A stretch of 64,000 bases of DNA from Rhodosorus marinus CCMP1338 (Eukaryota; Plantae; Rhodophyta): contig JAMWBK010000002.1 in the NCBI GenBank assembly GCA_029953675.1, positions 3,348,001 to 3,412,000 of the forward strand, given 5' to 3'. The notes beneath the pieces were generated by a model, which saw only the letters and a list, made by a program, of their open reading frames with translations, was not told where the DNA came from and ran no database searches. The first letter of the stretch is position 1. The number at the start of each line of letters is the position of its first letter. Below, in pieces: positions 49,745 to 61,411 of the stretch. The position numbers were made by a program, and so were the translations under genes.

Positions 49745-52700
49745 ATGAATGTCTTGTCGGGCGCTTTGAATTACATTGCCGGCAATGACCGAGTTGAAGG
49801 GATTAGTCCTGTGCGCAGGCTCGTTGAAAGGATAAAAACTAGCTCGCTCCCTCAAGATCGCAGAAAGTCAATCAGGGATTTGAACAGAGCTGTACAAGAG
49901 GTGTGCTTGCGGCTTTTCGTTTCTTGTAGCAGTTTCAGTACGTTCGCACTGTTTCTGATAAGTCTGTTTCACCGCACAAACAGGGCCCACATCGGCAGGA
50001 GGAAATCGGATCTGATGGACTCAGAGTTATTTTCGCTGTCTTGGAGCAGGACAGGCAGATGCAAGACACAATTGTGGCCTCCTTGGAACTCCTGAACAAT
50101 GCTTGCTGTGCTCTAGACCCGTGAGCAAATCCCGAAATGCTGTGATTAGACGTGAATGCCTTGCGTGAACTTTCTGAGTTCGCTCATGATCAATAATTCT
50201 TACTTGAAAATGGCTCTAGTCCTACGTCGGCGGAGGAGGACGAAAACCTTGATACGTCAGAGTTTAAGCGAAGGTCTGCGGCAGCAGCGAGCAGAAACAC
50301 TCAGCTTTTTGCAAGGATTAATAACGCAGTGTCATTACTAATAGAGCTTCTCGAAGAGGAGGAGTTTTATGTGCGCTTCAACACGGTGGAGTTGCTAACT
50401 GCCATGGTTGGCAATGAAACGGATCTGCTCGTGTCGGAAATACTTGCGTCCTCGATGGGATTGTCACGTCTCGTGGACCTCCTCAACGATTCAAGGGACG
50501 TAATAAGAAACGAAGGGCTGCTGCTGCTAATTGCATTGTCAGGGAACAGTGAGGAGCTCTCGAAGATCCTCACGTTCGAAAGTGTTTTCGACAAGCTCTT
50601 CTCGATAATCAATACGGTCAAGGCACCTGTGGATCGCTCGGAGGAGGACCTGGTTGATGCAAAAGAGGGTGCGATCCTCGTGCACGACTGTCTGCATTTG
50701 ATTCAGAACATTTTGCGACATAGTGGAAGCAACGTGGCGTTATTTCGGGAGGCAGAGGGCATTGAGAAGATTGCGAAACTGATACGGATCGTAGACGTGA
50801 CAATGAGAACGATAGTAGCTGAGGACGTTGACAACCTGGTCGCTGCCATTGATATTGTCAGCCTCTTGTGTGACGGCGCTGATTCAGATGCAGGAGCCAA
50901 CCGATCCTCTTGCGCCGGTGCAGGAATCGTGGAGAGACTGTGGGACGTGCTTGACGATCGGAGCTCTTCAGTACACGTCAAAGCGTCAACTGTCAACTGT
51001 TTGGCCCTGGTGGTACGGAAAACTCAAGCTGGTATGAGCAGGCTCTTGGGGCGGTCCAGGAACCCCTACCAGTTCGTGCTCGATGAGTTATATAGTAGCG
51101 AATCGGCCGGGATGCGAGGAGCTTGCTGTCTGCTAGCCTGGGAGCTCATTGCAGACAGAAACGGGAGCACTCGGGGGGATTTTATGAATTCCGTGTTCTC
51201 CGATACTAGCGATGGAAACCCCTCCCTAGTGGAAATGTCTAGCCGGATCAAGGCTGCCGCTGTTAGCTCACCTAGTGACGACGTAGATGCTGCCAGTGTT
51301 TTTTATTCGTGCACTCTTCTTAGCTGGGCAGTCCAGAGGAGCAAAGCGCCCAAACTCTCGAGAACCCAGCTGCTTTCCGCCACTGCGGGTTCGAAGCGCG
51401 AGAACTTGCTCACCAAAAGCGTTCGCTCCCTGAGTAGAGCGTCAGTAGAGGGCTCTGCACCCGAAGTTCGCGTTGGCATTCTGCGTTTGCTTTGTACTTG
51501 GCTTCACAACTCCAACGATGCAATGTCTGAATTCCAGTCCTCCGTCATGCATCTGCCGCTTCTCGTGGAGTTGATGACCAGGGAAAGTGTTCGTGGTGAT
51601 ACTGCCGAAGTGTATATTCGAGGACTAGCGGCCGTTATTATTGCCAGTGGCTTACTGCTTGGTGACCAGCAACCGAACATTAAGTCAACGCTTGCTGATA
51701 TTGTTAGGAAGAGGATCGGGGTTGCGGCGTTCACAGCGAGGTATAGTGATTCGCTCAACTTGATGCTGTTCTTTCTAGCCTGTCGCGCTGGGTTGCTTGA
51801 GTGGCTGAGATTCGAACTTTGGTCCCGCAAGGTACCGTGTATAGCTCTTCGAGTCCGGTTCTAATATCCACGTTCGTGAATTTTTCGTTTCCTGTACTTT
51901 TCTGCCTTACCATGGCTAGGCTGGATGACTTGCTAGCTTCAGAAGCTTTTACCAGCGCTCAATCCGGGGAGCTGATACTGGAGGATCCTCTGAGACTTTT
52001 AAAGCTGGAGCAGCAGAAGGGTCCGCGGAGTGGGAAAGGCTTGTGCGGGTACTCGAAGTACTTCGACCCGGACTTCACTAAGCTTGTTGGGGAGGTCTAT
52101 GAGAAATCGCGGTCAACCATGATGGAGCTAATGATTGATGCTGAGGGGTCGACACTGCCTCAAGCTCCCAGTTTCGATAGGCCGCCTTCACTCAACGTAA
52201 ACGGTGGAGGCGATGAGGAGATTATACTACACTACAAGGAGATAATCAGAAGCCAGGATGCAGCCCTAGCAGAATCTAGGGAGGAAGGGGAGCTGCTAAA
52301 ACAGTCGTTGAACAGTTTGCAAGCCGACGTGGACAACAATATGCACTTCGTTCAGGATGGTTGCGTGAAGAACAGGAGTGGGGCAGAAGACGATGAGCAA
52401 ATGCTAGCTAGGTCTGAAAAGATTGCCGCGCTAGAACGTGCTCTGCAAACGAAAGGCCAAGAAATGGAAGCTCTGGCCGGTGCCTACTCGCAGCTGGAAG
52501 AGGAGCTGGTGAGTGGAGCAAGCGCCCGTACACCGTCAGCGAGCTACGACTCTCGCGCAGATGAGCTGAATAAACTCGTAGAAGCGGAGAAGCGCAATGC
52601 CTTTAAGCTTGAAACTCGGCTGATGCAACTGGAGCTATCTGAGAAGACCGCAAAGGCCGAGGCTGAAGCTTTCAGAGGACAGCTGAAGGAGCTCAGTGCT

Positions 52701-55700
52701 CGAATAAATTCGACAACAGACGGGAGCATCTCACAGAACGATGTCGAGGTATTGGAAGAAAGAAAAAGGCGGGAGATTGCGGAGGAGAAACTGAATTTTA
52801 TTGAGGAACAGGGAGAGGCCAGGGAGACGTCTGAGCGCGAGCTCAAGGAGAGAGTTTTGGAAGCAGAGCGCATGTTGGCTGAAGCAACGTCCAAGACTAG
52901 CCGATTGCAGAACAAGGTGCAATCTCAAGAGCACGATATTGAAACCCTTAAAACGAAACATATGCGGGAAGTTGAACTGTCCAGGGCAGCGAGCGTAACG
53001 CTAGAGACAAGTCTACAAGAAGAGATTGCAAGACTCGAGCAAGAACTGGCCGAAGCGGAGAGCAAAGACTCTGAGCGCGAAATACAAAAGCTGCAAGAAG
53101 AAAAGGATGAGCTCGGAGAGGATATTGTCAGATTCACAGCCCAGATAGCAGGCTTGAAATCCGAATCGGAGGACCTTAGGACAAGGAGGAGAAACTTAGA
53201 ACAAGAACTTGACGAAGTTTCAACAGCTCATTTGGAACTCAAAACACAGTTTGAACAGGTCAACAAGGAGCACGTGCGGGAAAGCGCAGAAAACCAGCGT
53301 CTGGCATCACTCGTTCGCGAGCTGCAGGACTCCGAGGCCGCTGCTCAGAAAGACCTCACTTTGAAGTCGGAAGAGGTTAACGGGAAGGAGGAAAAGTTGC
53401 GGACTCTGCAGTCCAGGATTGCGGAGTTGGAATCGACAACCAAAGCGGTTGAAAAGGCGCTCGCAGGCTCTAAAACAGACTCAGCGGACCTCACCGATCA
53501 GATTGTCAGACTCAGCGAGCGTCTGGTGGCTACTGAGGACTCGCGCCAAGGGCTTGAGAGGGAGCTCCAGCTCGCCCAAGAGGATATCACTCGCCTGAAG
53601 GAAATAAAACCACCTCCAGATAGCACAGATCCCCACGTTGTTGCGAGCAGCTCTGTCCCTGACGCATCTGAGGTGTCGGACCTTCGAGCGATGCTCGCAG
53701 GTACCCAGGAGGCACTTCGGGAAGCAGAGAACGACATAGAGGTACTGAGAGCAAAGGATACCGATGCACGGGAAGTCGTAGCGCGTGAAATGGAGCTCAG
53801 AGATATCCTGGATAGGTCAAGGGAACGCTATGAGCTAACAGAAAAGCGTTGTGCAGACCTGGAGGCCGAAATAGAAGATTCCCGCGAGCAGCACTCCGCC
53901 GCAAGCTTGGCCATGCAATCGAGATTACAGGAACAGGACTTAGAGCTGAAAATGGCGCTCTCGCAGGTTGAAACCGAAAGGCAACTTAGACTGGAAGGAG
54001 AGCGCAAGCTGGATGAGTGCGCTGATGACCAACATACCTCGAGCATTATGGAAACATCCAGCAGAATACCAGAGCTTGAGTCCGAAGTTGCGAATTTGAG
54101 TACTAAGCTCACCAAGTTTGAAGAGGATAGGCTCATGCTCGCCTCCCAGGTAGACAGGCTGGAGTCGCAGCTCTCTATGCAGACTGCAAGTATTCGAGAT
54201 GTTCTGATTGAGCTAAACGTTTCGACGTCGGAGATTGAATCAGATAGGGCAACAGTCGACACGTATGAAGAGGAAGCTATTGCCCAGCTGGAAGAGATTC
54301 AGAAGGCCTTGAAAGGTCTCCGCGAAGATCGCGATTCGGCCGAGAAAAAGTCCCGTCTTCTAGAGGGAAGGAACTCAGAGCTCATTGAGGCTCTAGCGCG
54401 CAGCGAAGAAGTGGCACAAGATCAGACTCTGAAACTAGACGATTACCGTTTAAAGACCGAGGAACTGGAAGGTCACCTGCGAGACGAGCGAGAAAGTCGT
54501 TCCCTTACTGAAGATGAAATTCAGCAGAAAGAGAAAGATCTGGCCATGTTCAAAGAAAGAGTGGTTTCAGCGGAGCTCCAGATCAAAGTGCTCGAGTCGA
54601 CCGTGCAGGAGAACGAAGAAATGATGGAGAAGCTTGATCAAGAGCTTACCGTTGCGAACAAATGCGCTGAGGAGGCCGAGGAGCGGGTGAAAAAGTTGGT
54701 AGAGAAAGAGGATAGCTCATCCAAAGCTCTGCAGAAGGGGAAAGCTGCGCTGGAGTCTGATCTAGAGGCTCTAGAGTCGCAGCTTCGTGGGGAACGGAAG
54801 GAGAAAGCTGCGCTGGAGTCTGATCTAGAGGCTCTAGAGTCGCAGCTTCGTGGGGAACGGAAGGAGAACGCTGCGCTGGAGTCTGATCGAGCGGCTCTAG
54901 AGTCGCAGCTTCGTGTGGAACAGAAGGAGAAAGCTGCGTTGGAGTCTGATCAAGCGGCTCTAGAGTCGCAGCTTCGTAGGGAACAGAAGGAGAAAGCGGC
55001 ACTAGAGTCTGATCGAGAGGCTCTAGAGTCGCAGCTTCGTGGGGAGTTGGATATCTTGCAGTCCGAGAGATCAGCGCTCGAAAACCAACTCGAAAAGCAG
55101 AACCAAGTGCTCGAGGTAGCAGAGGTGCGCAGTTCCGAGAGAGTGGAGAAAGTCAAATTGTTGGAGGACCAACTAAACGAGACCAGATCAGAAATTGTCC
55201 AACTGCGGGACTTGAAATCGACAATATCCGACCAAGAATCTGAAAATTCCCGAATCTCGAAACTGCTCGATGAAGTTACGAGTGAGATGCGAGATCTTGA
55301 AGCTGACCTGGAGACTCTGAGATCCGAAAACACGGAGAAAGCGGAAGCGTTAGTTCTTCTGACCACAGCCAAAGAAACAGCTGAGAAGGCCGCTCTGAAC
55401 GCAATGGCCGCGTGGCGTTCGGCTGCGGCTGTGCCTGAAGGCCTGAAAGCGGACGAAGGAATCACTATAGATTTCGTCGTGAACAGCTTAATTGAAGAGC
55501 TGAAGACAAGCGCAGATCGGAACGCGGAGTTTCGGCGTGAGAAGGAGGAGGCTGACCTTGTGGTGAGTCATTGGATGGACGAGATTGAAAAGCTCGAGTC
55601 GAAGACGTTGAGGATGGAAGCTTCCGCGCAAGATTGGCATCAAGAGAAAGAAGCTTTGCAGGAATCTGTTCGTCGTCTTGAAGGTGTCTGCCGCGAGCTG

Positions 55701-58700
55701 CGTGCAGAGCGAGATGAAAGTGACATGAAGGCTAGAACATCTGAGGAGAAACTTGCAGAAACGATTATCGCCCTGGCAGAGTCCAGAGAACTGCTTGACG
55801 CAGAGAGTCTCAAAGCCAAACGAAGAGTGCTTGCAGACGAGAAGCTCAATCGAGGCCTTTTGGAATTGGAAAGCAATATCCTACGAGTGGAGAAAGTTCT
55901 CGAAGAGAAGAACAAAACGCTGGAGGTCAAAGAGAAGGAATTTCAAGGTCTGCTTTCCGGAAAGGAGGAAACCATTGATAGGCTTACCAACAGCTTAAAA
56001 TCATCAGAAGAGGTCATCCATGGGAAGGACCTACAATTGAACAAAGCTGCAAAACTCGCTGAGCGAGCAGAAACCGAGCGCGACAACCTTGCACAGGAGC
56101 TGGCAATTGCAAGCAAGACTGCCACCTCGCGCGTGGAGGAGCTTGACAAAGAGATTAAATTGAGGGACGTCCGCATCGAGGAGCAGTACGCTGCCTTTTC
56201 GTCAACAGAGAAGCAGCTCCGGTCTGATTTATCAGCAGCCGGAGACGAGCTACATTCTGCTCTCGAGAATGTCAAGGAGGTTGAAGCGCTCGAAAAGCAT
56301 GCACGCGACAAGGCCTCGAAGAATGAGGAGGAACGAGATTTGTTGTCTTCTAAACTGGACGACTTGAGAACGCGTCTTGCTGACGCCGACTTGACAGCTC
56401 AACAAATTCAAAAGTCAGCAGAAGAGAAGGAGGCTGAGCTGGAAAGGTCGTCAAAAAGGTTTGAGGGAGAAATTGACGCTGTGCAGAAATTGCTTGAAAA
56501 TGAAACTGAGGCGAGGGTCATAATCGAGGGGGAGCTGGAAGAGTCAAAAAGCTCACTAATTTTAGAGCAAGGTCTTCGAAAGGAAAGGGATAAGGAGCTT
56601 GGAAAAATTTCCGCTGCGCTGGACACGACCTCCGAGAAACTCGAGGAAGTTCAAAAGGAGAAACTCGTGTTGACGGAGTCATTGAAGCAGAAGCAAACCG
56701 AAACTACAGGAATGGAGGAGGACCTGATCACTTTGCGAGCTGAGAATGCCGAACTCTCCAAGAAAACGAATGATCTCTCGTCGGCTCTGGAAGACGTCGG
56801 TTCGCAGCTGAATAGTGCAATCGAAACATCGGATTCACGCTCACAGCGCATTGACAGTCTCACTGAGCAGCTGAATAACCTGCATGTCGAGAACACTGGT
56901 CTCATTGAAACGAGGAAGCAGCTGGAATTGGAGCTCGATAAGCTCACAGCGGAACTGGATAGTGCCCATGAGACCTCCGATTCCAGGCTAAAACAGATCG
57001 ATATCCTGGAGGAGCAACTGGGTGACAAGAGGAATCTGATTGAAATCCTGAAAACCAGAAGCGAAGACTCAGAGAGCCGCATCGCTAGCTTGGAAAAGGA
57101 GTCATTGGAGAAAAAGGTATCCGAAGAAGAAGCCGGGGTTGTCGCTGGAGTTCTAAGGGAGACCATCGAACAACTTGAAGCTAACTTACTGGTGTTGGAG
57201 GAAAAATCTAAAGCCTCTCAGCAATCGGTGATTTTCCTGCAGGAGCAGGTACTGCGCTTTGCCAGTGGCTTTCCAACATTAAAAGGTGGGCCACTCGCGA
57301 GTTTGAATGAGGCACCAACGGACTACGTAGAAGTTCTGTCGCGTGTCGAAGCCGAAGGACAGAACTTGAGATCCGAACTCTTGAAGTTTGCCAGGAGGTT
57401 TGGTATTTCACTAGAAGACGAAAACTGGGATAGTTTAAGCGATTCTGTTATTAGAAGCGACCCTGGAACCTTATCTTCCGCGGAGAACACGTTTAATGAA
57501 CGAATAGCATCTCTCAGGGTTGAGCTCTCTGCTGAAGTTTCGAGAAGAAAGGCCCTAGCAGAAAGAGTTGCTGAACTGGAGCGGGAGTTAAAGACCAGCT
57601 ACATGGAAGCCTCTCGAACCAGCTATCAATTAGAGGAAAACTCGAGGGCGCTTGAAGCAATCGAGGCCAGAAGTTCCCAGCTTGAGGAACAGTCGCGGGA
57701 AGCTTCCCGGAGGCATGCTGAGGAACGAAAATCATATCGTGCAGAGGTTGATTCGAAGGTCAAGGAACTGGAAGATGCCAAAGCAGATCTTTCTACAACG
57801 CATGCCACGCTGAAGTCCCTGCAGCGGAAGCTGGGACAAAACGAACTGGATTTGAAAAGCGCAAGCAAGGAAGCGAGTGACCTCAGAAAGGAACTAACCA
57901 ACATAGACAGTCTCAAGTCTGACTACGCTAGCGCCAGGACTCGTAATCTTGAGCTTGTCGAGAAGCTGCGCTCGTTAGAGGAGGCAAGAAGAATGGTCGA
58001 GTCGGAATCGAGGGAGAATCTCGCTAGGGTCAAGACGGAGATTGCAGAGTACTCTTCACAGCTGTCGGAATCTGCCTCGAAAATCACTAGTTTGGAAGAT
58101 GAGACAAACCTGCTGAGAGGCACTGTGGACAGGATGAGGAGGACTAGAGATGCTCTAGAGGACGAGAACGCCCGGCTTCGTTCGCAAGTTGATAAACTGT
58201 CTTCGTCCAAATCCGCCCAGGCTTACGAACGGGAAATGCAAGACCTCACAGAGGAGAATAGCCAACTTGAGGAAAGGATACGGTCTCTCGAGAGCGACCT
58301 ATACTCTGCAACCGCCACAAAACAGCGGATACATTTGGCTGAACAAGAGAAAGCAGCGGTGGAACAGCGTCTAAGGAAATCCTCTGAAGAGCTGCAGGAG
58401 AGTCGAGAAGCCGCGCGCAAAGCTGAGAAAATGGTCGGAGATTCCATGCATCGAAAGGATTCTCTGGAATCGGAACTGTGGGAAACCCAGCGGAAGTTAC
58501 TAGAGGCTGAGGAGGAGCTTGCCGCAACCCTGGAAGATAGGATGGTAATGGAGGAGACTCTGGCCGTTCTTCACCAGGAGCAATCGGCGATAGCTGCAAA
58601 GTCTCAGCAAGTGGAGGATCTGGAAATGAGGGTGGACGATCTGATGTTGCAAGCTGCTGAAGCCCGTGGTCAGGCCGCGGATGCGAACAATTTGATAGAG

Positions 58701-59261
58701 GAACTTGAAGAAAAGCTGAGACAGGCCAAACGGAAATCTGCGTCTGCTGAAAGTGTAAGCAATCTGGGGCAAAGAATACGCCTCCTTGAGGGTACAGTCC
58801 GCGAAAAAGACCAGAGAATCTACGAGCTTGAGAACTCCTTCCGGGCCAACGACCACGCGGAGTTTGAATTGATGAACGCAAGAGCTGCAGAGAGGGAGGC
58901 CAGGGATCACGCTGCTGACGTGGAAAAGCGATTGGAGCTTGCCACAGAAGAACTATCTCATCTGGTCGACCAGACCCTGAATCCTGATGAGCAAGGGGTG
59001 GCAGATTACGATGTCCTTGAACGCGAGCGGCAGATAGTTGATCTTGAGCAAGAGAGGGACAATCTACTGCGCGCTAATGAGAACCTGGAAGCTAGACTGC
59101 AAACTTTGGGCCGAGACCTTCAGAGCTCTTTCAGGCCTCACCACGAGCCTGGAGACGAGAAAACCAACGTCGACTGGGAATCCAAGTACCATCGACTTCA
59201 AGAGGAACATGATGAGGTCCTGCAATGTCTCGCTGACCTCGAACTCAATAGAGAAGATTAA
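49745..59261 (+). CDS. USO1: Uso1/p115 vesicle tethering factor, 4 exons, ~3,051 aa
   Basis: Exons 49745-49900, 49984-50120, 50220-51740 and 51920-59261 total 9,156 nt in frame. Head-domain motifs LPQDRRKSI, EFYVRFNTV.LL, GLSRLVDLL.DSR..IRNEGLLLL, FESVFDKLF and LCTWL; long coiled coil; C-terminal EHDEVLQCLADLE. Confidence 0.9.
54741..55046 (+). repeat. 63-bp (21-aa) tandem repeat, ~5 copies, inside the USO1 coiled coil
   Basis: Units start at 54741, 54804, 54867, 54930 and 54993. Consensus KAALESDLEALESQLRGERKE; copies 1 and 2 are identical at the DNA level. Confidence 0.95.
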
Positions 59262-59649
59262 CATTTCTAATTGTGTAGAACTCAACGTTTTCTGTGAAAA
59301 GGCTACTCACAGCTGCCATGCGTCGGCGTGAACCGAATGGTGGCGATGGAGTGACTGCAAGTCTGTAATTAAATCATAATCCTAATCATGCCACACCTGA
59401 TCTGCCGTGCTCGAGCTCGCTCGCCTAACTCAAAACCCACTCCTTCATACGCGGATGTGATAAGCAAAATATTATACGTACGTTAAAAACCAGGTAGGAG
59501 AGAACCCTATCTGCGTCGTCCTGCATCCAATAGTCCTGCATCCAATACGAAAGGAGTTAGCCTTTCGACCCTGGTACGCGTGTGGAGATCGCGCACGTGT
59601 GCTCCGGGTATTTTGAGAGGCAGCTTAAGGGCCACCTTCTCAAGTAAGA

Positions 59650-60619
59650 TTAGCTTTCTCGACCGGATACGAACGAGAGGACGATGTCGTTGAACTCCTT
59701 GATATTTTCTAAGTTCGGCAGCATGCCGGACGTTTTGATTTCGTGCAGGGTGAGGTTCGTCATCATGGTCGACAGGTAGGACGATATTCTGCGGTAGTCC
59801 TCTCCGCAAAATTCTCCATTCAAAATAAGGGTCCGAGTCTCGATTGCACCGTACGCATCCAATCCGTTGCCTTTCCATGTCATGTAGTCATCGCAAAGAA
59901 AGTGGTAGCCTTGATACTCTGCCATGACCTGCTCCACGAACCAGAAGACTGGCTTTAGGGTCCGCGTGAAGTCATAGTCCGACCGGGCCAGCCATCTGGA
60001 GCGTGCTTCAGTGACCCCCCCAGCTTCCAACGCTTCTGTCACGTTGAAGAAGCTCGTCGCTGGAAACGCGTACAGAAAGGCTGATGGATTCACGAGAATC
60101 ATGCTGTCAACGCGAGCAGGAAAGCATTCAGCAAAGTCGAGCGCAACCGCAGCACCCATCTCGACGCCTATTTTCATCGTTCTTAAAGGGTTAGCTTCTA
60201 GTTCATAGTAGTCATTACGAAAAAATTATTCAATCCTGGTCCTCATTACCTAATATGTGAACAACGGGGTGTCCCCCCTCGTCGAGAAATTTGCGAAGAT
60301 CTTCAGCATGCGAGTACCGCTCCCCTTCTGCAGGTACGGATGACCTTCCGTACCCCCGCAAGTCGACAGCGATGACTTCCAAGAATTTGGAAAGTTGATC
60401 TAGTTGTGGCGTGAAGATCTCTGAGTGTAAGTAGGTAGGATGAAGGAGGACTAGAGGTCGACCCGAAATTGGCTCCTTCCCGCTCGGTTGCTGCTTCCGG
60501 AAAAACAACTCCGTTGAATCAAATCTAGCTGTACATAAATTTACAGTACGTTTTCTACCTTTCCGTGCATACCGATCGACTGAAACGGTAAACGATAAAC
60601 CGCGAATCATCCCGCCCAT
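59650..60619 (-). CDS. Alpha/beta hydrolase fold protein, apparently lacking the catalytic triad, 2 exons, 295 aa
   Basis: Exons 60619-60250 and 60167-59650. LVLLHP, AVDLRGYGRS, elbow GVEMG, TLILNGE and GMLPNLE. Arg/Ser-rich N-terminal extension. Confidence 0.85.
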
Positions 60620-61411
60620 AACCCCACGAACAACTCCGCCAGAGGGACAAGATCGAACAATATCTCTCTTTGATATCCACGATATAGCGCACCTAGCATC
60701 CTCACTATCTCGTAACGAAGTGACTAGTCCAGAGCTTAAATTCCAAATCTATACAACTCAAAATTCATCCCACAGGAATAGTGGCACGTCGTGGTCACGT
60801 CGCCCGCCGACACCGACACCATCAACGCGTGCACTTTCGGAATGGTTAAAACCTCTTCAGCAAAATGCGGCACCAACCCTGAATAGGAAGCAGTCAGAAT
60901 GCGTTTCGATGATGTAGTTCTTCAGGGTTGTTCACCTTTCACCTGTGATTTTGTATTAGTCCCAAACCTGTGACTGTATCTTCGTACGCCTTGATACTGA
61001 TTTCCCTTTTTTGTTCTGGTTTTGTTTAGTCTCACTGGCCATAATAGTGTGTTTAGACCATGTGCTAATCCTTCAAGGAGGTCGCTGCTGACCTTAGTAA
61101 CAAGTGAAGCTTCTGGAGCGCGCGCGGTCCAGATGTTAACTTGAAGTGTGCAGAAGTTTTCGAGTTTTAATTTTGCCTGCAGTCAACCCTCTCGTCTTGC
61201 TTTTGGAAGAGTGTTTTTATCCGTGCAACCAGTTGAAGACCTAAAACCACTCGGCGGACCTACTCAGATAGTCCAAGGGAGAATCTTCGCAGACCAACTC
61301 ACAAGTTTTAGTCAAGGTTATGGTGATGAGGAGAGGAGGTTGATGGGGGCTGCAGATGAGGAAATATTTGACGGATTATTTTTTAGATTTAGATTGAGCA
61401 AATTTCAACGC

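Noticed and set aside
52544-58910. Numerous Ser-rich antisense ORFs opposite USO1, and similarly opposite the 994-aa gene, FNR and AGT
   Set aside because: Shadow ORFs caused by codon bias of the real sense-strand genes.
59518-59547. 15-bp direct repeat GTCCTGCATCCAATA x2
   Set aside because: A simple slippage duplication between convergent 3-prime ends with no further structure.
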